Below are positions 24,063-32,000 of a DNA stretch of 32,000 bases, one piece after another; the first letter of the stretch is position 1; each line of letters starts with the position of its first letter. Under the pieces are notes generated by a model. It was not told the DNA's origin, searched no databases, and worked only from the letters and a program-made list of their open reading frames with translations. The position numbers and the translations under genes were made by a program. This DNA is from Pyrobaculum calidifontis JCM 11548 (lineage in GTDB: Archaea; Thermoproteota; Thermoprotei; Thermoproteales; Thermoproteaceae): positions 870,001 through 902,000 of the forward strand of contig NC_009073.1 in NCBI RefSeq assembly GCF_000015805.1, written 5' to 3'.

Positions 24063-24853
24063 CTCGGGAACAGGTATACGAGTGCCGGCGCCACGAAGAA
24101 GAGGAGAAGCGAGTACGCCAGAGAGCTCTCATAAGGCGCCCCGCTTTCCAGCGAGTACACAGCTGCAAAAACTGTGGCCGTGAGGAGCAGAGAAACGAAG
24201 AGGAGAATTTGCGAGAAGGAGATTACATACGCAATGCCTGTGGCGTGTGCCACTTGCACTAGCGTCATATGGACCGTGGGGTAAATGGCCAAGGGCAGTA
24301 CTCCGACCACGATGTTTAGAGGCCTTAGTCTCCTTTTTGATGCGAGGTAGCCCGCCACATGTATTAAAGCCACGGAGAGGATCGAAACGGCCAACGCGTG
24401 TTGCATTTCTAGTTTTACAGAGAGGGGGAGGTAGTATCCCACGTAGGCTATTCCGAGAAGCGCAAGAGGGGGGTCTTGCAACGCGCCGAAGCTCAACGCC
24501 GCAATCCACGAGAGCAGAAAAGCGGCGGCGGCTACGGGGGCGTATGGCGAAAACAGAAACCAGACTACTAGCGGGCGTAAGCCTAGTAGAGAAAGGAAGT
24601 TCAGCGATTTCAATGGCTCTATGGTGGAGACTATGGAGGCAACTCTTTCCCCCAGCTCTGTTAGGTATACCACCACGTCTTCTCTTTTAACCACGCCGAG
24701 CGATTCTAGGGCTGACAGCTCGTACAAAAGCGTGGACGAGGAGATTTTCAAAGCATTGCGGAGTTTCGACAGCGTGAGAGGGCCCTCTCTATGTAGCAAG
24801 AGTATTATGTCCCGCCTTCTGCCCGTCAAAACGCCACGTATTACGCGCTCCAC
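24059..24853 (-). CDS. winged-helix (ArsR-like) regulator fused to a multi-pass membrane domain
   Basis: The N-terminal wHTH reads ILLLHREGPLTLSKLRNALKISSSTLLYELSALESLGVV. About six hydrophobic segments follow. ATGA overlap with the downstream methyltransferase. Confidence 0.7.
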   Translation of the reverse strand: MERVIRGVLTGRRRDIILLLHREGPLTLSKLRNALKISSSTLLYELSALESLGVVKREDVVVYLTELGERVASIVSTIEPLKSLNFLSLLGLRPLVVWFLFSPYAPVAAAAFLLSWIAALSFGALQDPPLALLGIAYVGYYLPLSVKLEMQHALAVSILSVALIHVAGYLASKRRLRPLNIVVGVLPLAIYPTVHMTLVQVAHATGIAYVISFSQILLFVSLLLTATVFAAVYSLESGAPYESSLAYSLLLFFVAPALVYLFPR

Positions 24854-24896
24854 GGAGGTTCAACTACACGGCTTAATATTGCTGAGGGCGCAATTG

Positions 24897-24903
24897 TTAT
24901 AAA
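24897..24903 (+). promoter_or_regulatory. TATA box for albA
   Basis: TTATAAA is centred about 26 nt upstream of ATG 24926. Confidence 0.5.
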
Positions 24904-24925
24904 CCCCACCTGTTGTGCGGTAGAC

Positions 24926-25204
24926 ATGGCGACAGAACAGACAATACTAGTGGGCAAGAAACCCACGACAAACTACGTAATAGCTACAGTGATGGCGTTC
25001 AACGCCGGAATTAAAAGAGTAGTGCTAAAGGCCAGAGGCGCCGCGATATCCAAGGCTGTGTCAACAGCCGTGATGGTTAGAGATAGGTTCCTGCCAGGCA
25101 AAGTCCAGATAAGAGATGTAAAGTTGCTCAGCGACAAGGTGCAAGGCCAAGGCGGCAGAGAGCGCACGGTCGCGGCCGTTGAGATAGTGCTCGAAATGGC
25201 CTAA
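24926..25204 (+). CDS. albA: DNA/RNA-binding protein Alba
   Basis: 92 aa. ILVGKKPTTNYVIA...LKARGAAISKAVSTAVMVRDRF is typical of the Sso10b/Alba family. Confidence 0.9.
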   Translation: MATEQTILVGKKPTTNYVIATVMAFNAGIKRVVLKARGAAISKAVSTAVMVRDRFLPGKVQIRDVKLLSDKVQGQGGRERTVAAVEIVLEMA

Positions 25205-25206
25205 GA

Positions 25207-25212
25207 TTTTTT
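25207..25212 (+). terminator. oligo-T tract after albA
   Basis: TTTTTT begins 3 nt after the TAA stop. Archaeal terminators are typically T-runs. Confidence 0.35.
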
Positions 25213-25222
25213 CCCACCTTTA

Positions 25223-26500
25223 ATGCACCTCCGGGACGTCGTAAGTTCTCTCGACGTCGAATATTTCGACCCGCCCTACGGCGAGTTCACCATTGCTAGA
25301 ATATTGAAGGCTACTGAGGGGAGGAAGACGCCCGTATTCAGAGGCGTGGGAGATGGGTTTACTGGGGTGGGAAATCTCGTGGACACTAGGGCGAAGCTTT
25401 TCGCGTTCTTAGGCGTATCTAGCGACGAGGAGGCGTATACAAAGCTCCTATCCGCTGTGGAGAACCCGGGTAGAGCGGAGTTGGTTTCCACCTGGCGCGA
25501 CATGTACAGAGAAGTGGACTCTCTGCGCAAATTGCCCATGGTACGCTACTACGAAAAAGAGGCTACGCCGTATATAACTTCGGGAGTTGTAATAGGCGTA
25601 GGGCCCCAAGGCGTCATGAACGCATCTATACACAGGTTTTCGCCGCTGGGAGATAGAAGGGCCGTGGTGAGGCTTGTCCCACGTCACCTATACCAAATCT
25701 ACAAAACCAACTTGCGCTACGGCAGAGAGACTCCAATAGCGTTGGCGTGGGGAGTCCACCCCCTCGTCCTACTCGCCGCCGCCACCTCTCCCCCCTACGG
25801 CGTGTTTGAACTAGACGTAGCCGCCAAGCTTATGGGCGGGCTTAAGATTATGGCGATGGACAACGGAGCAGTGGCGCCCTTTATGGCCTCCGTAGTTATC
25901 GAGGGGTACTTAACGGCGGAGTTGGCGACAGAGGGGCCCTTTGTCGACATAGTGGGGGTCTACGACAGAGTGAGGAAACAGCCCGTAGTCAAAGTTGAGA
26001 GGATTTACGTTCTGCGGGAGGAGGCATATGTGCATTACCTGCTCCCCGCTGGCTTAGAACACATAATGCTTATGGGGTTTGAGAAAGAGGCTAAGATCTG
26101 GAAGTTGGCAAAGTCGGCAGTGCCCGGCGTGAGGAAGGTCAGGTTGACCAGGGGAGGGTTTGGCTGGCTAGTCGCCGTAATTTCGCTGGATAAGTCTGTG
26201 GAAGGGGATGCTAAAAACGCCATTTTGGCAGCCTTCGCCGCTCACCCCAGTTTAAAAATTGCTATTGCAGTAGACAGCGACGTGGACCCAGACGACCCAG
26301 TGGCGGTGGAGTGGGCCATTGCCACGAGGCTAAGGGCCGACCGGGGCCTTTTCATAATCCCCTATGTGAGGGGGTCGACTCTTGACCCAGTTGCCCTCAA
26401 CGAGGAGGGGCTTACCCATAAGATTGGCATAGATGCTACTAGGCCTTTAGACGCAGACCCTGCGCTTTTCGAGAGGGCTAGGATTCCAGAAGATTTTTAA
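25223..26500 (+). CDS. UbiD-family decarboxylase (candidate anhydromevalonate phosphate decarboxylase)
   Basis: 425 aa with UbiD-like regions (IHRFSP, EGPFVDIVGVYD compared with the EGPFGxHTGYY-type motif). It lies directly upstream of the aconitase-X subunit genes. Confidence 0.8.
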   Translation: MHLRDVVSSLDVEYFDPPYGEFTIARILKATEGRKTPVFRGVGDGFTGVGNLVDTRAKLFAFLGVSSDEEAYTKLLSAVENPGRAELVSTWRDMYREVDSLRKLPMVRYYEKEATPYITSGVVIGVGPQGVMNASIHRFSPLGDRRAVVRLVPRHLYQIYKTNLRYGRETPIALAWGVHPLVLLAAATSPPYGVFELDVAAKLMGGLKIMAMDNGAVAPFMASVVIEGYLTAELATEGPFVDIVGVYDRVRKQPVVKVERIYVLREEAYVHYLLPAGLEHIMLMGFEKEAKIWKLAKSAVPGVRKVRLTRGGFGWLVAVISLDKSVEGDAKNAILAAFAAHPSLKIAIAVDSDVDPDDPVAVEWAIATRLRADRGLFIIPYVRGSTLDPVALNEEGLTHKIGIDATRPLDADPALFERARIPEDF

Positions 26501-26519
26501 CAGAGCTGTACTGCCCACC

Positions 26520-27641
26520 GTGGGACTCGACTATGTGAAAGAGCTTGTCTACAAAATTGCCGACGCCGTATCTGGCGGGGAGGTTGTCCCAATAGAGACG
26601 GCGCATATTTCCGGCGTCTCTTATATAACAATCGGCGAGTACGGTACACAGTTTTTGGAGCATTTGGCGTCTCTGGGGGCAAGGGTTTCTGTGTTTACCA
26701 CGTCTAACCCCTCCGCCGTGGACATAGGCGGCGCCCTCTCCGTCGACGAAAAGATTGCACGGGGCCAAGAGAGGATAAACAAGGCGCTTAGGACGATGGG
26801 CGTTAGCACGTTTTACAGCTGTGTGCCTTATGAATTTGTGCTAACACGTCAACGCACTTTCCACGCCTGGGCTGAGTCAAGCGCCGCCGCCTACATAAAT
26901 ACGTTTAGAGACGCTTGGTCTGATAAAAACCCAGGCCCACTAGCCCTCCTCGGGGCAATTGCGGGCTTTGTCCCTCGTACGCCTTTGTACACGCTCGAGG
27001 GCAGGCGTCCCACTGCCCTTGTGGAAGTTAAGGTCGGCCCCCTAGGTTCTCTTGAGGCAGGCGTTGTGGGGGCGTTAATTGGCGAAAAAGTGGGCACAGG
27101 GGTGCCGTATGTGAGAGGTGCTGTGTTTAAAGATGAGGAGAGCCGTAGAGAGTTTGTGGCGGCGCTGTCGACGTATTCAGCCATTGTTTTCGCGGTGGTG
27201 GAGGGCGTGACGCCAAATTGGCGGGAGTATAGAGAAATGTGGGACCCGACGGACAAGGTTGTCATTTCGGAGGAGGACGTGAACGCGTACATAAAGGAGG
27301 CCGGCGACGTTGACGCGGTATACATAGGTTGCCCCTTTGCAGATGTAGACACGGTGCTGTGGGTTCTAGGCGAGGTGTCAAAAAGGGGGGCCGCCAAGAG
27401 GCCTATCTACATATCTACTTCGCCTTCGACACTTAAGCAGTTGGGCAAACTTGTGGAAAAGGCCGCTGAGCTAAACGTAAAGATATTCGCCGGGTCTTGC
27501 CTCGTGGTCTCGCCACATACGCGGCGCTTCAGCTCCATAGCCACGGACTCCTTCAAAGCGGCGTACTACATACCCAGGCTCCACGGCGTGAAAGTAGTTC
27601 CGTGTAGACGTGAGAGGTGCATAGACTTGGCGTATGGCTAA
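26520..27641 (+). CDS. aconitase X large subunit (DUF521), candidate phosphomevalonate dehydratase large subunit
   Basis: 373 aa. The DUF521-like N-terminus reads ETAHISGVSYITIGEYGTQFLEHLASLGARVSVFTTSNP. GTG start 19 nt after the UbiD-family gene. Confidence 0.8.
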   Translation: MGLDYVKELVYKIADAVSGGEVVPIETAHISGVSYITIGEYGTQFLEHLASLGARVSVFTTSNPSAVDIGGALSVDEKIARGQERINKALRTMGVSTFYSCVPYEFVLTRQRTFHAWAESSAAAYINTFRDAWSDKNPGPLALLGAIAGFVPRTPLYTLEGRRPTALVEVKVGPLGSLEAGVVGALIGEKVGTGVPYVRGAVFKDEESRREFVAALSTYSAIVFAVVEGVTPNWREYREMWDPTDKVVISEEDVNAYIKEAGDVDAVYIGCPFADVDTVLWVLGEVSKRGAAKRPIYISTSPSTLKQLGKLVEKAAELNVKIFAGSCLVVSPHTRRFSSIATDSFKAAYYIPRLHGVKVVPCRRERCIDLAYG

Positions 27642-27803
27642 GCTTGTTCTGCCCCCTCCCAGCCCTAGCGTTTTAGACCACTTGCCAGCATGCCGTTACA
27701 TCCGCGTGGGGCAGAGTCCCAGTCTTTGAGGCCTCGCACTGCTACGGCGGCGCCCTCGCAGAACCTGCTCGTGGGCCGTCTTCTAAGTGGAAGAGAGATA
27801 AAT

Positions 27804-28190
27804 ATGGGGGCTTCACTACGTTTTGTGGCTAGCGTGAAACCGGTCGTTAGGGCCAGTGGTGTAAAGCGAGTGGTTAGGGCCGAGGTTGTCAAAATAACGC
27901 AGCCGGTCTCTCTCCTAGGCGATTTTGACCCAGAGACTGGCAGACTCCTCGGCGTCGATGTAGTTGGAAAAATTGTGGCGCTGCCGTACGTGAAGGGCTC
28001 CACTGTGGGGCCCTACCTCATGTGGAGTGCCTCAAGGCGGGGCAAGATTCCCCTGGCCGTGGTGGCAGAGAAGCCGGACCTCATGTTGGTGACCGCTTGC
28101 GTTCTCGCAAACGTGCCGCTTTTCCAAGGCGTCATGGAAGAAGGCTGTGTAGAATTGGACCTAGAAAGTGGGGAGTATGTCAAGTGCTGA
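27804..28190 (+). CDS. aconitase X swivel-domain small subunit (DUF126)
   Basis: PVSLLGDFDPETG and GKIVALPYVKGSTVGPYLM are typical DUF126 motifs. The start is ATG 27804 or GTG 27834. The track ORF opens at 27690. Confidence 0.75.
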   Translation: MGASLRFVASVKPVVRASGVKRVVRAEVVKITQPVSLLGDFDPETGRLLGVDVVGKIVALPYVKGSTVGPYLMWSASRRGKIPLAVVAEKPDLMLVTACVLANVPLFQGVMEEGCVELDLESGEYVKC

Positions 28191-28470
28191 TAGAAACCTA
28201 CTGGCGTCCCTTGCCTTGCACATGTTGGAGGAGCTCGCGCTACGTAGAGGCAACAGAGTCAAGGTGAAGTATTGGAAGACCTACAGGCTGGCCGAGTTTT
28301 GGCTGGGGAGCGACGTCGCACAGGCCGTGTTAAAGAGACTTGTGGAGGGCGGCTATGTGAAAATTGAGGGCGCCTATGTGGTCTTACTCAAGCCGTTTAA
28401 GCCATCTAAGACTCTCAACGAGGTCTTGAAATCCGCTTACAGTCTTCTCGCCACAGCAAGGCGTCAATGA
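28177..28470 (+). CDS. small winged-helix-like protein, uncharacterised
   Basis: ATG 28177 overlaps the end of the previous gene (ATGTCAAGTGCTGA). LKRLVEGGYVKIEGAYVVL looks like a wHTH recognition helix plus wing. Confidence 0.5.
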   Translation: MSSADRNLLASLALHMLEELALRRGNRVKVKYWKTYRLAEFWLGSDVAQAVLKRLVEGGYVKIEGAYVVLLKPFKPSKTLNEVLKSAYSLLATARRQ

Positions 28471-29188
28471 TTTTCAGCGGTATGTTGTGTATATTTTCTC
28501 CGTGGAGAATTCTGCCAGCCAGCCACAGCACCGTGTCTATGTGAAGCGGCGGTATTCCGCTCACCTCCGCCACTGTGTTCCAAACCGCTTGAACGGCCTT
28601 ATACTGCCTCATTGCGACGTCGGGAGGCACATCTATGAGGCCGGCGCACCACGTCAAGTGGGCAACTCTATAGTCAACTGGCAACGGGATCTCCATCGGC
28701 AACACCCTCTCCACGCCCCTACTACACCTATAGACATAGTTCAAGATCTTCACCGCGAAGACCACGGTCTTTTGCCCAGGATCAACGTCCAACAGCGCGG
28801 ACATGCGCCTCCACGTCTCCAGCAGATTTTCCAAGTTTGGCCTATATCCACAGACTTTTCTCACCCGCCTCTCCCTAGCCTCTCTTCCGATTTTAAGAAA
28901 CGGACTGGCGCGTAAGTAGGCGAGGAACTGTGTACAAACGTCTGTCACTCTTTGCCTAGAGAAATAGTCGCCAAAAAACTGCCAATGCTCCTCACCTTTG
29001 CCCGACAGCCTGTAGCTCACCAACGCGTTCAACATCGAAAGAGAGGCGCAGACCTCCTCCCCCTGCGCCTCCCACACTCTACACACGGCTATGTACTGCG
29101 GATCTCTCTTCTCAAGCTCTAGAATTGCGTCTAGTCCCAGCGTGCCTAAGGCCTCAACTACTCTTCTTAACGGCGACTCTTTTGCCAT
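28415..29188 (-). CDS. N-glycosylase/DNA lyase AGOG (archaeal 8-oxoguanine DNA glycosylase)
   Basis: RDPQY, NALVSYRLSGKGEEHWQFFGDYF, PLPVDYRVAHLTWCAGLI and IPPLHIDTVLWLAG closely resemble Pyrobaculum Pa-AGOG as I recall it. I prefer the start at ATG 29188 (MAKESPLRR). The track start is 29218. Confidence 0.85.
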   Translation of the reverse strand: MAKESPLRRVVEALGTLGLDAILELEKRDPQYIAVCRVWEAQGEEVCASLSMLNALVSYRLSGKGEEHWQFFGDYFSRQRVTDVCTQFLAYLRASPFLKIGREARERRVRKVCGYRPNLENLLETWRRMSALLDVDPGQKTVVFAVKILNYVYRCSRGVERVLPMEIPLPVDYRVAHLTWCAGLIDVPPDVAMRQYKAVQAVWNTVAEVSGIPPLHIDTVLWLAGRILHGENIHNIPLKIIDALLWREDCKRISRPR

Positions 29189-30194
29189 ACTGGAGAGGAT
29201 TGCGGACATTACACCCAAGGTTTGTGGGGCATAGGCCCCAGGAGTTCATGGTTTCGCAACTGGGCACGGCGTACTCCTTCCTACCCCCAACTTTGCCAGC
29301 TATGTGTTGGACCTGGTATCGCGTAATCTTCTCGTTGAAGTCTGGCGCGTTCCGGAATAAGTCGACTATCTGTTCCACGTCCCACCCCCTCTTGAGTAAA
29401 TACGTCGTTATGGCAAACCGCGCCGTGTGTGGCAGATTTTCCCCGGCCTTTAACGCGTCTAGTATGGCCTTCATACAGGGGGGATCTGGGCCTCCGGCGA
29501 CGGGGGCCTGCGGAAGCGGCTTGTAGGAGTACTTCTTGACGAGGTCCTCGAGTTTTGACATATCGACCTTCATGGCGACTTTGCCCACGGCCAGCTCGTT
29601 TTCGTCTACCGTCTTTAATATCCGCTCCTCATACGCCTCCTCTAGTAGCCTATGGTAGTCTGCCATGGGCAAGAGCACCCACCCCCTGACTACAACTCGG
29701 TTTATCATTGCCCAATGGGGATCCTGTGGCGCATACTTTAGATATGTCGACCATCTAACGGCTATGGGGAATTGTACCACGGCTATGCCTGACATAACCT
29801 CTTGCGACGGCTTGGCGTAGATGCCTAAGTCTTTTCCAATCTCAATTTTGCACCCCGGGCTTTGAACGCCAGGGATTTTGTCTAAGAGACTTGCGAAATT
29901 TTTGCTCTCGTAGTCGGCAAATCTACGCAGTATGTGGCTACTCCCAGTCGCGGCGGCTAGGTACAGGGCCAGCCTGGCCACCACGGCACCCTCCTCTGGT
30001 CTGTCTAAACACGACTTGGCGTTAAAACTCTCGCGGGCCACAGCCCTCCTCACGCGCTCAATGGCTTTTTCCACCATATCTCTGTCGTCAAGCACGCTCT
30101 CTAATACGTACCCCCTTTTGGCCAAATAAGACGCAGACCTGTTTAAAAAGGGGAAGTAGCAGGCAAATACGTCGGCAGAAATATCGCAAGACAC
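29154..30194 (-). CDS. priL: DNA primase large subunit PriL
   Basis: The Fe-S domain region reads PPCMKAILDALKAGENLPHTARFAITTYLLKRGW, with further Cys in VPSCETMNSWGLCP..GCNVRNPL. GTG 30194 has a TATA box about 24 nt upstream. Confidence 0.85.
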   Translation of the reverse strand: MSCDISADVFACYFPFLNRSASYLAKRGYVLESVLDDRDMVEKAIERVRRAVARESFNAKSCLDRPEEGAVVARLALYLAAATGSSHILRRFADYESKNFASLLDKIPGVQSPGCKIEIGKDLGIYAKPSQEVMSGIAVVQFPIAVRWSTYLKYAPQDPHWAMINRVVVRGWVLLPMADYHRLLEEAYEERILKTVDENELAVGKVAMKVDMSKLEDLVKKYSYKPLPQAPVAGGPDPPCMKAILDALKAGENLPHTARFAITTYLLKRGWDVEQIVDLFRNAPDFNEKITRYQVQHIAGKVGGRKEYAVPSCETMNSWGLCPTNLGCNVRNPLQYGKRVAVKKSS

Positions 30195-30213
30195 GTCTCT
30201 TACCCCGCTACGG

Positions 30214-30222
30214 CTTTAAAAG
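30214..30222 (-). promoter_or_regulatory. TATA box for priL
   Basis: The minus strand reads CTTTTAAAG, located in the 30-nt gap between the VWA gene stop and the priL start. Confidence 0.45.
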
Positions 30223-30224
30223 CT

Positions 30225-31310
30225 CTAGTCATGTATTACCGACATGTCTAACTTGGGGCTAAGCTCTTGGTATTTCCCGCCTGTGGCTTTCGCAATCTGT
30301 TTCAACAAGTCGCTTTTCTCAACCGCCACGGCGTGGAGTCTCTTGAACTTTTTCACGAGACTCCAAGTTTTTTCAACGTCGGCGGTTCTCCCATCAGTTA
30401 TCAACACCGCCTCTCTAACGCCGTAGCTGTAGAGCACCTCTAGGGCAGACGCAAGCTCGGTGCCGCCCCCGGCGTATACGTACTCGAGAATTTCGAGCAT
30501 CTCCCTAAGATACTTATGAACCTCGTAGGGAGTCCACATAAAGTCGGCGTCGACGTTGAAGAGCAACAACGAGACGCGGCCTCTGAGACTTGCCATCTGA
30601 CGCAAGTACCTCGCCACGGCGTTCTTGGCGACTCTAAGCTTCACGTCGCCCCACATGTACTCCTTCATGCTCCCCGAGACGTCAAGCGCTATGTACACCG
30701 GCTTATCCGCCGTCCTTGAATACTCCCTTACGAATATGTCGAAGTCGGAAATCGGCATATTCATGACGAGCTTTCTTCTAAAAGCCGTGGCCGTCCTTAT
30801 CAGATCTACATCGGCGAAAGGCGTGCCGGGTATATAGCCTCGCAGAGACTTCACGGCGCCCCGCACGTGCCACCCCTCGCCTCTACCCACGACTCTGCTA
30901 TACGAGCGCAAAATTCTGTCCCTAGGAAGGCCCAGCCTCCTAACTACCTCAAGCTTTACCCTGGGCGTGGCGTCCACTGGGACGTGTCTATTAACCAAGT
31001 GGGCAAGCGTAGGCGCCTTCTCGTCGCCCACCGAGCCTATGGCTAGCGTGGGCGCGCCTTCGCGCAACTTCGGGCGACACGTTATAGCTTCTCTTATAAC
31101 CTCCTTCGCCGCAGAGGGGCTCATCTTAAGCGTGCCCGCCAAATTCTGTGCAAGTATTTCAAGAACTTTTTCCCAGTCCACGTCGCCGAGCTCTGCCCGT
31201 ACATAGACGTCCTCAATGCCGTATATAAGACTGCGTATGGAGAGGCCCCCGAGGCAGGAGTATACAGCCGCTAAGAGCTCTACTAAGTCATTCATTTGCC
31301 GCTCTGTCAA
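30225..31310 (-). CDS. von Willebrand factor A (VWA) domain protein, partner of a MoxR-type ATPase
   Basis: The C-terminal VWA domain carries the MIDAS motif IALDVSGSM (DxSxS), with a GGGTEL region. The N-terminal roughly 190 aa are unassigned. 23-nt overlap with the upstream ATPase gene. Confidence 0.8.
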   Translation of the reverse strand: MTERQMNDLVELLAAVYSCLGGLSIRSLIYGIEDVYVRAELGDVDWEKVLEILAQNLAGTLKMSPSAAKEVIREAITCRPKLREGAPTLAIGSVGDEKAPTLAHLVNRHVPVDATPRVKLEVVRRLGLPRDRILRSYSRVVGRGEGWHVRGAVKSLRGYIPGTPFADVDLIRTATAFRRKLVMNMPISDFDIFVREYSRTADKPVYIALDVSGSMKEYMWGDVKLRVAKNAVARYLRQMASLRGRVSLLLFNVDADFMWTPYEVHKYLREMLEILEYVYAGGGTELASALEVLYSYGVREAVLITDGRTADVEKTWSLVKKFKRLHAVAVEKSDLLKQIAKATGGKYQELSPKLDMSVIHD

Positions 31311-32000
31311 ATATCTTTAGCAACGCCTCCTTGGTCTCGGAGTCGAAGGGCAAGTTGTTGACCAAGCTCCTCTTCAAGTCCCTAAGCTCAACCTCCCTCC
31401 TCTGCGCCCACGCAAGTGCCGAAGCGTCGGCCAAGGCATAGCTAAGCGATCTCACAGACTGCGGATACCCGGCCTTCTTCGCCTCGTGGGCAAACTTAGA
31501 CAGAATCTCGGCAAGCTTGGAGGGTATGTCCACCTCTAAGTCTCCCAAGGCCTCTCTCGCCTTCCACAGAAGGATGCTCTTTAGGAGCTCCCTGTCCGGC
31601 ATCTTAACTTCTACAAACTTAAGTCTGTCCGCCAACGCCTCCGATAGCTCGTACACACCCTCGTACTCGCTGGGGTTTGCCGTGCCTATCAAGACAAAGT
31701 CCGTCCTAATCCTGTACCCCCTGATGTACACATAGTGCTCTTGTATTGCCTGTAGCAGTGCCGCCTGTGCGTAGGGGTTCAGCCTGTTGAGCTCGTCCAT
31801 TATTAACACGGTGCCATGCGCCATGACAAGCGGCCCAGGGATGTACGAGAGGGGGTGGTCGAGCCCGGCTTGAAGAGCCACCGCTATGTCGATATCTCCT
31901 GTCAAGTCAACTGCGGTCATGTGGGAGTGGCATGCCACCTCAATGTACGGAGGGTCGCCCAGCGCCAGAGTCTCGGCGACGGCCTCCGCCAAGGTGGTCT
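31288..32000 (-). CDS. MoxR/CbbQ-like AAA+ ATPase, C-terminal part (gene continues beyond the window end)
   Basis: Walker B reads VLIMDELNRLNPYAQAALLQAIQE. Sensor-1 reads LIGTANP. ALADRL is present. No Walker A is seen, so the N-terminus lies outside the window. Confidence 0.85.
   Translation of the reverse strand, partial: TTLAEAVAETLALGDPPYIEVACHSHMTAVDLTGDIDIAVALQAGLDHPLSYIPGPLVMAHGTVLIMDELNRLNPYAQAALLQAIQEHYVYIRGYRIRTDFVLIGTANPSEYEGVYELSEALADRLKFVEVKMPDRELLKSILLWKAREALGDLEVDIPSKLAEILSKFAHEAKKAGYPQSVRSLSYALADASALAWAQRREVELRDLKRSLVNNLPFDSETKEALLKIFDRAANE

Noticed and set aside
27665-28003. 112-aa minus-strand ORF overlapping the AcnX spacer and the DUF126 gene.
   Set aside because: It is antisense to a motif-supported gene, has low-complexity Ser/Thr/Arg/Pro composition and has no promoter-like box.
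1-32000. Scan for CRISPR arrays, rRNA genes, IS elements or transposases, and long tandem repeats.
   Set aside because: By eye I saw no regularly spaced direct repeats, no rRNA-like conserved blocks, and no transposase or integrase-like ORFs. An exhaustive computational repeat search was not possible.

Overview
This is a gene-dense, high-GC archaeal chromosomal window, most consistent with a crenarchaeon of the Thermoproteales (Pyrobaculum or Thermoproteus-like). That assignment rests on a PaREP1-type gene, an AGOG 8-oxoG glycosylase, topoisomerase VI, an Alba protein, a tRNA with an intron in the T-loop, and A/T-rich TATA boxes about 20-27 nt upstream of start codons, which implies leaderless transcripts. 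I did not identify the species. I support about 45 protein genes, one tRNA and several promoter-like boxes. Most of the content is housekeeping: aromatic amino acid genes (aminotransferase and archaeal shikimate kinase); a GH31 alpha-glucosidase; L37Ae-Brix-Pcc1; tRNA-Arg(CCT); TrmI; Bud32; a PflX-type radical SAM protein; a DHH phosphoesterase; prefoldin beta; the SBDS-Rrp4-Rrp41-Rrp42 exosome operon facing proteasome alpha; topoisomerase VI B and A; an AbrB-PhoU regulator; an Mtq2/HemK-like methyltransferase; Alba; a UbiD-family decarboxylase with aconitase-X large and small subunits (the modified archaeal mevalonate pathway); and AGOG, primase PriL and a VWA/MoxR pair. I found no CRISPR array, IS element, integrase or rRNA. 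I cannot show that the window holds a new system. The best candidates for follow-up are: (i) an uncharacterised Cys-rich gene cluster at 9.5-11.5 kb, including a 53-aa ORF missing from the supplied track; (ii) a solitary SMC/ABC-like ATPase whose P-loop-encoding 5' end is a patch of about 28% GC; (iii) a long-range helix-forming element upstream of the tRNA; (iv) the T-loop intron of the tRNA; (v) a frame-split PaREP1 gene. All family assignments come from motif recognition by eye, not from database searches.
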